The notes under the pieces are model-generated. The model did no database searches and had not been told where the DNA came from. It saw only the letters and a program-made list of their open reading frames with translations. A DNA stretch of 64,000 nt from Candidatus Latescibacterota bacterium (lineage in GTDB: Bacteria; Latescibacterota; UBA2968; UBA8231): assembly GCA_965205655.1 (NCBI GenBank), contig CBDBIJ010000110.1, forward strand, positions 32,001 to 96,000, written 5' to 3'. A program made the translations under genes and the position numbers. Below, one piece after another: positions 27,101 to 33,878 of this stretch; within the stretch, counting starts at the first letter, position 1; the number at the start of each line of letters is the position of its first letter.

Positions 27101-27861
27101 TCTCCATCGCTATCGTAGTCAGCCCAGGCGAGGTCCCCGCCATGGACGTTGATGATCGCTTCGCTGTTGAGTTCGTCGAGCCGCAGGGCCCCGTCCTCGT
27201 TCCGGTAGACGTGGGTGAGGGACGTTCCGATCTCCTCCATTCCCGAAACGACGAGATCGAGGTCGCCGTCGGTATCGTAGTCGACCCAGCTGAGGGCTGC
27301 GTACCGCACGCCCTTGAAATTCGAATTGCCGTCGCCGTCCACCTGGCTAATGTCGAAGGATAGCAATCGATCGGCGCGTTCAGTGCCCTCTTCGTTCAGG
27401 TAGAGGCGCATGCTCTCCTCGCCGTCGTCATCCCAACCGGCGATGGCGAGGTCGAGATCGCCGTCGCTGTCGTAGTCAGCCCAACCCAGATCGCCGAAAT
27501 AGACCCCTGTCAATCGCTGGCTCTGGGTCACGTCCTCGGCGAGTAGTGCTCCGTCATTGCGCAGAACCCGGGCGATGCGTTCACACTGGCCGTCGTCGGC
27601 GACGACCTCGCCGATGAGTGCCAGATCCATGTCGCCGTCGCTGTCGTAGTCGCCCCACCCCGCCTGCCCCGCCCAGACGCCGGGCAGCTCGAGTCCCGAG
27701 TCCTGCAGGTTCTGAGATTGCGCTTGAGAGGAGACGATGACGACCGTGAGCAGGCTCACTGCGATCGGCCAGATGCGGGCACGCGAGAGAAGGCGTACGC
27801 ACCGCGGTGTAGGCAGTCCGCCCAAACAGTATTGCACCGGGTCGACTCGACTGAAGTTCAT
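21115..27861 (-). CDS. Giant secreted protein: two FG-GAP propellers each followed by FN3, an Ig domain, about 8 Big_5/SbsA Ig repeats, a ZU5-like domain and a FlgD-Ig/T9SS-type C-terminal domain
   Basis: WGDYDxDGDLDL repeats; NTAPNPP and NVPPSAP...YxWSVQxVD FN3s; PxVVSTxP...F...GxxYxV...WSFST repeats; C-terminal PRAFSP...VRVYNASGRL...WNGRDEDGGVVASGLYIV...KVVAVVR. Start uncertain (27915/27861/27837/27802). Confidence 0.88.
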   Translation of the reverse strand: MNFSRVDPVQYCLGGLPTPRCVRLLSRARIWPIAVSLLTVVIVSSQAQSQNLQDSGLELPGVWAGQAGWGDYDSDGDMDLALIGEVVADDGQCERIARVLRNDGALLAEDVTQSQRLTGVYFGDLGWADYDSDGDLDLAIAGWDDDGEESMRLYLNEEGTERADRLLSFDISQVDGDGNSNFKGVRYAALSWVDYDTDGDLDLVVSGMEEIGTSLTHVYRNEDGALRLDELNSEAIINVHGGDLAWADYDSDGDPDLAISGENVIADGGIRRVTEFYVNDPLGTLTLDSGISLPFDSLVKGGSLAWSDYDSDGNPDLAISGHDEVWNRALQLYLYRNRPAGTFNRDTDFSLNAFQTVGGQLDWVDFDNDGDPDLAVSGRTIVSDYEAHVFENRNGSVTGVSIEQNLEGLAGGLALWADYDDDGRVDLVTSGVDESGESRTILYSNLGVTTINTAPNPPASLNPVEVTSTRALFSWSPGSDGESDAISYNIRIGTEAGAGDIVSASLSVGQGNAGFETSYVLSRSLAPDTYVWSVQSVDGTFTRSAFSQEDPFVVTRFVSSDQRIRDLKESAMSWGDYDDDGDIDLAIMGLNRSGEAQSLLYVNRGSTLTLVDADIVSLQEGDLAWGDYDGDGDLDLFITGEDAIGNRANFLYRTDTSGGTDNAGIAVAIRFRPDLSESSVDWGDVDNDGDLDFVLMGQSGATEAGAQLSFTEIWANDGAGDFDTLGVNLTGLNNGESVFGDVDGDGDLDLAVTGVSSDGVRDFTVYRNDLASGSVSFADTGNDLPGMESSDLAFGDYDRDGDLDLAAGGVTASDGPSTAIYANDGTGTYAEIDDVDLPGIQGGDLAWGDYDNDQDLDLVMVGNIGQQQKIFRVYENTIGQAAPDSAFALDAFPILRGVDFSAVTLADADGDGDLDLFSSGSGTTTSTAVNDNLTAQQLNSNVPPSAPSGLRAEDAGDEVTLSWLPASDDGAPPVESLTYNLRLGRTSEGDSVISGQLPLGPGNAGHNLVRSVGELVSGTYFWSVQTVDVGYSRSDWSAESHFIVDVIPPTIDRLTLNKSKSESDTTNFGIDQTVTVAFEFLDEHSGVEKDVEPLVEATIDGQPFQFRTVRYTGLTWTGELTVAESMPSGAASVSVRGLEDIKGNTLVPFDSTGVFSVDTQLPAVSSAAPGFAAVGVPDSTTRLRITFSEPIDQQTVVADNFQITAGNSPVALADAPLYSADDNTVVLAPAGGLLPGTQYSVEVSAAVEDLAGNRPANAISWNFSINVPQLVSTEPADGTASVAIDDGRIIATFDGGLIESLLEEADAVQVRREGDSVVVADALFVGTSNTLSIDLGEALKPGSRYDVTISGSLAGPLRLVAEGDFTWSFSTAVPRVTARTPDDGDAAVSAADPSISIGFDGLLDEEAVSGSVTLLKQGRAIDATEEEYNPTTGVLSFQPAEGLRPGAQYQVVVSGVVGGPLRQAVGDYSWSFSTAVPSRVSVLPTEGADDVTIGLEEAVIEFSVPLDEDQLSAGNFSLARGGVPLELRADDPTDRGEGRYGFAPATGWQVGSGYVVQINSSVSGPLGAGQPISWSFQTAIPDTVSVAPAAADSAVSALEGTIAAVFDTDIDDEELAEHVRLLGEGQSVQITAPVFDGEAGTLSFGPAAGRLRGGTSYQVVITRSVAGPRATDDFRWGFATRVAEVVSTEPESGSEVTAGPRRVRLSFSDPLDEDLINSQNVTVTRGGAALSLPEDEFLYDQEQFIISLPQIDLIPGSAYDVVVSARLGGPRASTDTRLGFATLVPSVVSTSPTDGTSIAAGARRVEIVFSAALQRDLVNSQNIRLSRGGDPIALEDGEFIYVDETFTASLPEVDFVSGSSYEVVVSSRLGGALANRPDDQFTFLTDLPTLVEANPPFGAEGVSVTSPPVRIVFSGPVATADQSGFQLRARRIVDLQEDPDAPFELTPITGFGFEDPAQTIVNFAPQGGFRPFTEYEFVIDRSVLGERAETGFDGTFQTAGELPDAAAGGTVTNAEGSVELYFPPNALPSDIGKVEVIIRPAADQPAGKTVSSAAAPSQGEDPVPVGSAWEMNIGESALRKPVTMTFRYDLGDLGEHNPSELGIFELTEGQWLRVGGTSEPALKQVATSVKELKLSTFGLFVDTQAAVGTAKIRDLDCQPRAFSPAGGLRAITDVSFDLSSPADVTVRVYNASGRLERVIKRDQPYGQGRLTIPWNGRDEDGGVVASGLYIVVVTASGEQAEKVVAVVR

Positions 27862-27874
27862 GTGAAATGAGGGG

Positions 27875-27899
27875 AAAACAGCCGCGCGATTCGCGCGGC
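27875..27899 (-). terminator. Terminator-like hairpin between the antiterminator gene and the giant gene
   Basis: Minus strand GCCGCGCG-AAT-CGCGCGGC-TGTTTT. Confidence 0.5.
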
Positions 27900-27990
27900 C
27901 GCTCCAAGATAGCAAACGCCCGGATGCGCGCCAATCAAAATCGCCGCACCGAGCGGATGCCGGCCGTTCCAGATAGTAGATAGATAGTGG

Positions 27991-28572
27991 CTACAGAAGC
28001 TCGACGTCCTGCATGTCGACCTGCAAGGCGACCGCTGTGCCGAGCACGGAGACATTCAATACCAGACGAAAGGAGTCCTTACGCCGGGAGATTTTTCCCT
28101 GCACGCCGACGAGAGGCCCCCGAATGACGCGCACCTTGCGACCCCGCTTCAGCTCGGGATAGAGGGTCAGCCCAGCTCCCCTGCGGCTCGCCACGTAGAT
28201 GCTGGACAGCTCCTCGAGGAGCTGCTTCTGATCGACGACCTCGATCCACTGCACGAAGTAGCCGCTGCGCATGAGATCGAGTCGCTGGGACGAATCGCAG
28301 CTTCCGAATATGTACCCGGGGAAGAGCGGCACCTCGAAGCTGTAGCGCCGTTGCCCTTTGCGTTTTCGAGGTGTGCTCAATCGTAGCGGCAGGTAGTGGC
28401 GCAGCGATAAGTCCTGCCAGACGCCCGCCGCCTTCTTCTCGCATCGAGGCCGGGTGTGGAAAGCGTACCACGCGCGCTCGGACTCGGTTGCGAAAAGACG
28501 GGAGGCCTCATCCTCGGGCGCCTCCTCGGTTGCGCAATCGACAGCTGTAGCGCGATTCGTTTCCGTCATCAA
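27991..28572 (-). CDS. NusG paralog transcription antiterminator (UpxY/RfaH/LoaP-like)
   Basis: WYAFHTRPRCEKK, HYLPL, PLFPGYIF NGN domain; GRKVRVIRGPLVGVQG KOW domain. Confidence 0.9.
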   Translation of the reverse strand: MMTETNRATAVDCATEEAPEDEASRLFATESERAWYAFHTRPRCEKKAAGVWQDLSLRHYLPLRLSTPRKRKGQRRYSFEVPLFPGYIFGSCDSSQRLDLMRSGYFVQWIEVVDQKQLLEELSSIYVASRRGAGLTLYPELKRGRKVRVIRGPLVGVQGKISRRKDSFRLVLNVSVLGTAVALQVDMQDVELL

Positions 28573-28662
28573 GGCTCTTACGCAACGTCTGGCCGGCGAC
28601 TAAGAGAATGGCCTCCCATGGCACCATTGAGGCTCCACAGAAGACCACTCGATCCGAATAAC

Positions 28663-28740
28663 TGGGGTGAGTGACGGGAATCGAACCCGCGGCCTCCAGG
28701 GCCACAACCTGGCGCTCTAACCGACTGAGCTACACCCACC
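28663..28740 (-). tRNA. tRNA-His(GTG)
   Basis: GGTGGGTGTAGCTCAGTCGGTTAGAGCGCCAGGTTGTGGCCCTGG...CCCCA, with G-1. Confidence 0.96.
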
Positions 28741-28827
28741 ACAAGGCTGCTCGGCGGAAGCATTTCACATCAAAACCGGACCACCGTCCAAGCAGTCGAA
28801 GACCGTTCTCTCAACACTCTTTGTGAC

Positions 28828-28904
28828 TGGCGTGCCCAGCAGGACTCGAACCTGCGACATTCTGCTTAGAAGGCAGATGCTCTATCCAGCTGAGCTATGG
28901 GCAC
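28828..28904 (-). tRNA. tRNA-Arg(TCT)
   Basis: GTGCCCATAGCTCAGCTGGATAGAGCATCTGCCTTCTAAGCAGA...GCCA. Confidence 0.96.
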
Positions 28905-29173
28905 TTCTCTAACATACAGCGGGACCTGAAGTTACGGCCCGATTCTACTAAGAAACGGTACACCCCTGTCGAATGCAAGAGGAGTGGGAGTGGCTGATCT
29001 GCAGCGAATGGTTTGGTGATCGAAAGCGGTGACAGACGATTCCCAGGGGAGCGCTACTCCGAGCCGCGCGCAGACCTTCCTGGTCTCATTCTGCTCCATC
29101 TTGGCGTAGCCGTTCTTCCCGAACCAGGACATGCTCATCGGGAGGCGGATTCATTTGAGCTGCGGGATATAGC

Positions 29174-29251
29174 TGGTCGGGGTGGTCGGATTCGAACCGA
29201 CGACCCCCTGCTCCCAAAGCAGGTGCGCTAACCGGACTGCGCTACACCCCG
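29174..29251 (-). tRNA. tRNA-Pro(TGG)
   Basis: CGGGGTGTAGCGCAGTCCGGTTAGCGCACCTGCTTTGGGAGCAGG...ACCA. Confidence 0.96.
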
Positions 29252-29310
29252 ACGGAAATATGAAAGTACGGACGGTGGATGAGGCCGGCAACGCGGTGCG
29301 GCGATGCGAA

Positions 29311-30150
29311 TCAGCCTGCGGGCGCGGGCTGGTGGCGAGCTGCTTCGATCTCGTCGCGCAACGACTCTGCGGCGCGACGGGCGGCATCCTGGAAATCACT
29401 TCCATCGGAGGCGTAGATGACCGAGCGCGAGGCGTTGATAATGATGCCGCCGCTATCCGGAGTGTCACCGTAGAGAACGGCGCTTTCCACATCGCCGCCC
29501 TGGGCGCCGACGCCGGGAATCAAGAAGGGAAGCTCCGGCGCCAGGGCTCGCAGGTTTTGCAGCGACTCTGATTTGGTAGCGCCCACCACCAGTCCGACGT
29601 TTCCATGCTCGTCCCAGTCGGCTGCCTTTTCAGCGACGCGCTCGTAGAGCGGGCGTCCGTCAACATTCAGGGTTTCGAGATCTTCGGACCCCGGGTTGGA
29701 TGTCAGACAGAGAAGAAACACGCCCCGGTCCGCATACGAGAGGAAGGGCGCCACCGCGTCACGGCCCATATACGGATTTACCGTGAGCGCTCCGGCTCCG
29801 AGCTCGTCGAACATCATGCGGGCGTAGCGCTCGGCGGTGTTGCCGATGTCGCCTACCTTGGCGTCGACGATAGCTGGGATGTGATTGGGAACATGCTCCA
29901 GAGTCGATGCCAGGGTCGACCAGCCGCTTTCGCCCAGGGCCCCGTAGAAGGCGAAGTTCGGTTTGTAGGCACACACGAGATCGGCGGTGGCATCGATGAT
30001 CGCACGGTTGAATTCGAGCACGTCGAGTCGTCGGCCGCGGCCGTTGCGGGGCAGTTTCCCGGGATCGGGGTCCAGCCCCACACAAAGGAGGGAGTTATTG
30101 GCGCCGGAGGCAGCGGAGAGTTTCTCTCTGAATCCGGGTTTCGTCTCCAC
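29311..30150 (-). CDS. pyrF: Orotidine-5'-phosphate decarboxylase
   Basis: LCVGLDP, YKPNFAFY, DAKVGDIGNT, TVNPYMGRD, LIPGVGAQGG, NASR; GTG 30150 chosen as start. Confidence 0.93.
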   Translation of the reverse strand: METKPGFREKLSAASGANNSLLCVGLDPDPGKLPRNGRGRRLDVLEFNRAIIDATADLVCAYKPNFAFYGALGESGWSTLASTLEHVPNHIPAIVDAKVGDIGNTAERYARMMFDELGAGALTVNPYMGRDAVAPFLSYADRGVFLLCLTSNPGSEDLETLNVDGRPLYERVAEKAADWDEHGNVGLVVGATKSESLQNLRALAPELPFLIPGVGAQGGDVESAVLYGDTPDSGGIIINASRSVIYASDGSDFQDAARRAAESLRDEIEAARHQPAPAG

Positions 30151-30151
30151 C

Positions 30152-31204
30152 TCAGAAACCGCCCTCTCCCATCTCCGGCTCAACGGGCTCGGTTTCCTCG
30201 AGCAGCTCGTCGATAAAACCGTCGTCTATAGGCTCTTCGTCGAGGTAGTCCCTTGCCGTTGAGTCGACGAATACCGATTCGTATCCACTCGTTTCGACAG
30301 ATGGAGGCTCTGGGCCGAGGATGAAGATCACGCGGCACTGCGTCAGGAAATCTCCTTCCATGTCCGCCATCCTCGCCCTGACACCGCTGTCCCTGCTGAT
30401 CACGACATCGCTGTTGTAGAGTCCGGAGAGGGCGACGGCTTCGACGACGAAGGGATTGGCCTCGGTGCCGCCGATGCGGTCGCTCGATGCGGCGCGGGCG
30501 ATATCCTTGTCGTAGCCGACTATTCCCAAGCGCACGGCGTAATCTCTGTCTACGTGGTCGGCGCTGTAGATAACCCGGTCGTCGGTATCGATGATCCGCG
30601 GCGACATACTTGGTGTGAGATCCGTTCCTCGCGCATCGACGATCAGTCCCGTGTACGGTTCGGGTGGTACGAAGACGAGAAGCGAATCCGATTCCGTCAG
30701 CTCGAGCGACGGCAGATCTCGCGCCGGCGATTCGGCCGATGTTGAGTCTGGCAGCGGCAACACGGCGTCGGCCATCTCGCCGAGCAGATCCAGCTTCAGG
30801 GCGATACGGAAGAGTTCGCCCTCCTGCTCTCGACTGCCCGTGAGAACTCGAGCACCTTTGACGATGCCTTCGACTCTGGCGCGGATCGAGTCGTCGCTGA
30901 CCATCGCCATGCTCACCGTGGTCTGACCATCAATCTGGACCTCCCCGATGATCTCGAGGAGATTGCGGTAGGCGACGAGCTTGGCAGCGCGAAAGCCCAT
31001 CAGCCTGGCACGCACCGGATTGGCTTCGGCGGGAGCTGCTCCCTCGCCGTAGACGACGAGGCTGCTTTCAGTCCAGTCGAGGCTGCCCTCGATGCGACTC
31101 CTCTCAGAGGACTCGACTTCGATCGTCTCAACGACGTCCTGGCCGTCGACGGCATTCGCTGCAGGCGTCAGCGTGGCCAGGACGAGGAGGAAGGCAAGTA
31201 GCAA
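30152..31204 (-). CDS. Exported hypothetical protein (LPP20/FlgP-like N-terminal part)
   Basis: RAAKLVAYRNLLEIIGEVQID...GIVKGARV and YTGLIVDARG...PSMSPRI motifs; TTG start after AAGGA, downstream of rnpB. Confidence 0.7.
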   Translation of the reverse strand: MLLAFLLVLATLTPAANAVDGQDVVETIEVESSERSRIEGSLDWTESSLVVYGEGAAPAEANPVRARLMGFRAAKLVAYRNLLEIIGEVQIDGQTTVSMAMVSDDSIRARVEGIVKGARVLTGSREQEGELFRIALKLDLLGEMADAVLPLPDSTSAESPARDLPSLELTESDSLLVFVPPEPYTGLIVDARGTDLTPSMSPRIIDTDDRVIYSADHVDRDYAVRLGIVGYDKDIARAASSDRIGGTEANPFVVEAVALSGLYNSDVVISRDSGVRARMADMEGDFLTQCRVIFILGPEPPSVETSGYESVFVDSTARDYLDEEPIDDGFIDELLEETEPVEPEMGEGGF

Positions 31205-31232
31205 GAGGGAATCCTTGGGGGAAAATGGGACA

Positions 31233-31624
31233 GCGGAGTGGCTCTGTAAGCCGAGTTCTGTCCGCGCCAGGCGCGGGGCGATCATTCATCTGGGGTCGCG
31301 GTTGCCCGCGGCCTCCGTGCGGCCTACCCGGGAGTCGACGAGGCGGACCACCTCTCCTCCCCTATTTGGCCTTGCTCCGGATGAGGTTTGCCTTGCCGTC
31401 GCCGTCGCCGGCGACGCGGTGAGCTCTTACCTCACCCTTTCACCCTTACCGCCCGGCTGACGCCGAAGCGGCGGTTTGCTTTCTGCTGCACTTTCTGTGG
31501 GGTCGCCCCCCCTGGGCGTTACCCAGCATCCTGTCCTGTGGAGCTCGGACTTTCCTCACCCCGACCTGGCGGGCGTCCCGAAGGTTCCCGCCGGCCGGCA
31601 GCGCGATCGCCCGAGCCACTCCGC
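31233..31624 (-). ncRNA. rnpB: RNase P RNA (type A)
   Basis: Conserved GAGGAAAGTCCGAGCTCC, AGTGCAGCAGAAAG, GGGTGAAAGGGTGAGGTAAGAGC, ACAGAACTCGGCTTA; terminal P1 pairing GCGGAGTGGCTC/GAGCCACTCCGC. Confidence 0.97.
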
Positions 31625-31687
31625 CGTCAACATCGATCGATCGTGTCTGCATGGTCCAGTTGTAAGGACCGCGAGCGGCCTCGACCG

Positions 31688-32398
31688 CTACGAGGACTCC
31701 TCGTCCCAGACCAGGATTGCCCCACAGCTCTCACAATTCAGGACCTGATCGTTGCGGCGGGCATTGCTTTTCTGCTGCGCCGGGAGCTGTCGATAACAGA
31801 CGCCGCAGGAAGCCTTCCTCACCGCGGCGACGCGTAGTCCTCGAAAGCTGCGGCTGCGCTGGTAGATACCGATCAGATTCTGATCGATGCCCCGCATGGC
31901 TTGATCACGGCGCGAATTGACGCCGTCGACCTGTCCTTGTATCGAGTCGAGCTTGGACTGCAGTTCGTCGATGACCGATTGCTGAGCTTCCCGAATCTCC
32001 TCGAGGTCCTGCCCCTCGATTTCCGTCTGCTCCTGCGTGGCCTCTGCGGATTCGATGATTTCGAGAATCTCAGTCTCGCATTCGGACATCTTGTTCTTAC
32101 AGGACTCTATCTCGAGCTGAAGGGCGTCGTACTCCTTGTTGGTCGTGACTTCCGCGAAGCGTGCCTCGTGCTTCTTGAGATCCTCCTTGGCGCTATCGAG
32201 CTGTCTCTCGAAGTGTCGCTGCTGCTTCTCCAGCTCTTCGGTCCTGTCGGTCAACTCCTTGAGCCTCAGCTCAGCCTGATCTATCTCGCTCCGCCGCTGG
32301 GAGATCTCCTCTGGGTATTGACTCTTCGCTTCTTCTAGCGCCTGCAATTCCCGATCCACCTCTTGTACTCTCAACAACTGCAGTAGATCGTCCTTCAT
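31688..32398 (-). CDS. Coiled-coil protein with C4-type zinc ribbon (zf-RING_7/CdsZ-like)
   Basis: LLRVQEVD, NKEYDALQLEIE, CGVC...CESCGAIL; typical neighbour of rnpB. Confidence 0.9.
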   Translation of the reverse strand: MKDDLLQLLRVQEVDRELQALEEAKSQYPEEISQRRSEIDQAELRLKELTDRTEELEKQQRHFERQLDSAKEDLKKHEARFAEVTTNKEYDALQLEIESCKNKMSECETEILEIIESAEATQEQTEIEGQDLEEIREAQQSVIDELQSKLDSIQGQVDGVNSRRDQAMRGIDQNLIGIYQRSRSFRGLRVAAVRKASCGVCYRQLPAQQKSNARRNDQVLNCESCGAILVWDEESS

Positions 32399-32477
32399 AT
32401 GTAGCACCGCCTCACTTGGGGCAAACTCGACATCCGCCACCAGCTCCCTTCGCGGGCTTGGCGTGGTGTACGGATAC

Positions 32478-32503
32478 GAAAAAGTGCACCCCGCGGGTGC
32501 ACC
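32478..32503 (-). terminator. Leader terminator hairpin upstream of the zinc-ribbon gene
   Basis: GGTGCACCC-GCG-GGGTGCAC-TTTTTC on the minus strand; promoter-like TTGACC-N16-TAGTTT at 32551-32578. Confidence 0.55.
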
Positions 32504-32608
32504 TCTCTTCAGCGAATCGTTTGTCTCGGTCACTCATAATGAGATTAAGAAAACTACTGCGTTTGCTGTGTCGGTCAACCCTTGCGAGCCGAGGTATCGT
32601 CCAGTTGC

Positions 32609-33562
32609 TCACTCGGCATTCGCTCTTCGAATCCTCGCGACTTCTGACTCGGCACTGTCGGCTGCGGCGTCGCGCTGTAGCTCTCTCAGAAGTGCCGCCA
32701 GGTCCTCAAGGGCCGCGGCGCGTTCGAATGGGTCGCCGACGTGAGCGTAGATTTCGGCCGCGGTGCGATACATCGACAGAGCCTCCTGGTGGCGCTGCTG
32801 CACGTCGTAGAGCACGCCCAGGGCGTGATGGGTCCTGGCGAGATGACTTCCATGACCGGTGCTCTCGGTCTGGATCTCGAGGGCCTGTAGGTACATCCCC
32901 TCCGCTTGCTCATAGCTGTCGTTGATGTACAGATCGAATGCCCGCGCGTATAGCATGAGGCCCATTGAGAGCGCTGCCAGTGAGTCGGCGCGAACGCTGT
33001 CGCCGCGGGCGCTATAGGTCTTGCCCAGGCCTCCGAGAGTGTACGCCAGGAAATCATCGTGAGGCTCGAGCGCAGTGATTCCCTCGTCCTTCATCGACAG
33101 GATCTGCAAGTAAAGAGATTCGGAGCGCGAGTAGTCTTCGCGGGCCAGGCTGAGGTCGGCGAGGCTCGCCAGAGTGCCGACGATCAAGTACCCGGGGGCG
33201 TGATCGGCGTCTTGACCGTTCGTCTGAGCCGTCAGGAGGCGCTGGTAGAGGCTTTCGGCTTTTGCCACTTCACCGCGAATCGCGTGGACGCGGGCAAGTC
33301 CTCCCAAAACCCTGGCAAACTCTTCGCCGGTTGCCAGCTCCTCACGGTCCGGAGCTCGCTCGATGGCCGCGGCGGCGGCTCGGTAGTGCCTGGCGGCGGC
33401 GTCGAATTGACGTCGCTGCGCGGCGTCCTCGGCTGCCATCAGGCGCTGTCTCCAAGCCTCGTGTTCGCCCTCCGAGCTCCCGTCATCCCCACCGCAGGCG
33501 CAAAGGGCGCACACACTTGCGAGAGCAAACAGCAGGCGGTTGGAGAATGCTCTGTCCCGCAT
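32609..33562 (-). CDS. TPR-repeat lipoprotein (kinesin-light-chain-like TPRs)
   Basis: LCAC lipobox from ATG 33562; AESLYQRLL, SESLYLQIL, AEGMYLQAL repeats. Confidence 0.75.
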   Translation of the reverse strand: MRDRAFSNRLLFALASVCALCACGGDDGSSEGEHEAWRQRLMAAEDAAQRRQFDAAARHYRAAAAAIERAPDREELATGEEFARVLGGLARVHAIRGEVAKAESLYQRLLTAQTNGQDADHAPGYLIVGTLASLADLSLAREDYSRSESLYLQILSMKDEGITALEPHDDFLAYTLGGLGKTYSARGDSVRADSLAALSMGLMLYARAFDLYINDSYEQAEGMYLQALEIQTESTGHGSHLARTHHALGVLYDVQQRHQEALSMYRTAAEIYAHVGDPFERAAALEDLAALLRELQRDAAADSAESEVARIRRANAE

Positions 33563-33600
33563 TGTATCGAATACGCTGCTGGCGCTTCTGATTCGACCCG

Positions 33601-33631
33601 TAAAAAAACCCCCGGAAAGCGGCTCTCCGGA
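33601..33631 (-). terminator. Terminator after tRNA-Val(CAC)
   Basis: CCGGAGAGC...GCTTTCCGG stem followed by GGTTTTTTT on the minus strand. Confidence 0.65.
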
Positions 33632-33661
33632 ATCGTGCCAGCTCTCCAAGGCTCAGTTCAT

Positions 33662-33693
33662 GGTGACGTGAGCTATGGGTGACGTGAGCTATG
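33662..33693. repeat. Perfect 16-bp tandem duplication
   Basis: GGTGACGTGAGCTATG x2, 1 nt from the tRNA 3' end. Confidence 0.9.
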
Positions 33694-33694
33694 A

Positions 33695-33771
33695 TGGTGG
33701 GCGATACTAGATTTGAACTAGTGACCTCTGGTATGTGAAACCAGCGCTCTAACCAACTGAGCTAATCGCCC
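33695..33771 (-). tRNA. tRNA-Val(CAC)
   Basis: GGGCGATTAGCTCAGTTGGTTAGAGCGCTGGTTTCACATACCAG...ACCA. Confidence 0.96.
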
Positions 33772-33878
33772 ATTTTTTATCCGCGATGAAATTAGATCTC
33801 CCCCGCGGCCGCTGCAAGAATCGTCCGCGACCGGGACAGACAATATAGGAGCCCGCGGAGCCCGTATCTAACGGTCTC

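Noticed and set aside
19652..27700. Many recurring ~25-30-bp motifs (gtcgagatcgccgtcg…gtagtcgcccca) that could be mistaken for a CRISPR or repeat array
   Set aside because: They are degenerate, irregularly spaced and in frame, encoding WGDYDxDGDLD propeller blades; no cas genes are present
16500..28740. Surface-protein operon as a genomic island integrated at tRNA-His
   Set aside because: No integrase, no duplicated tRNA 3' end seen, and composition looks like the flanking genes
28932..29138. 68-aa ORF between tRNA-Pro and tRNA-Arg
   Set aside because: No RBS or recognisable motif, and its 3' end overlaps a promoter-like TAGAAT for the tRNA; cannot be supported as a gene
31205..31285. ORF-track N-terminal extension of the 30152 gene
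   Set aside because: Overlaps the RNase P RNA 3' end; a TTG with AAGGA at 31204 is more plausible
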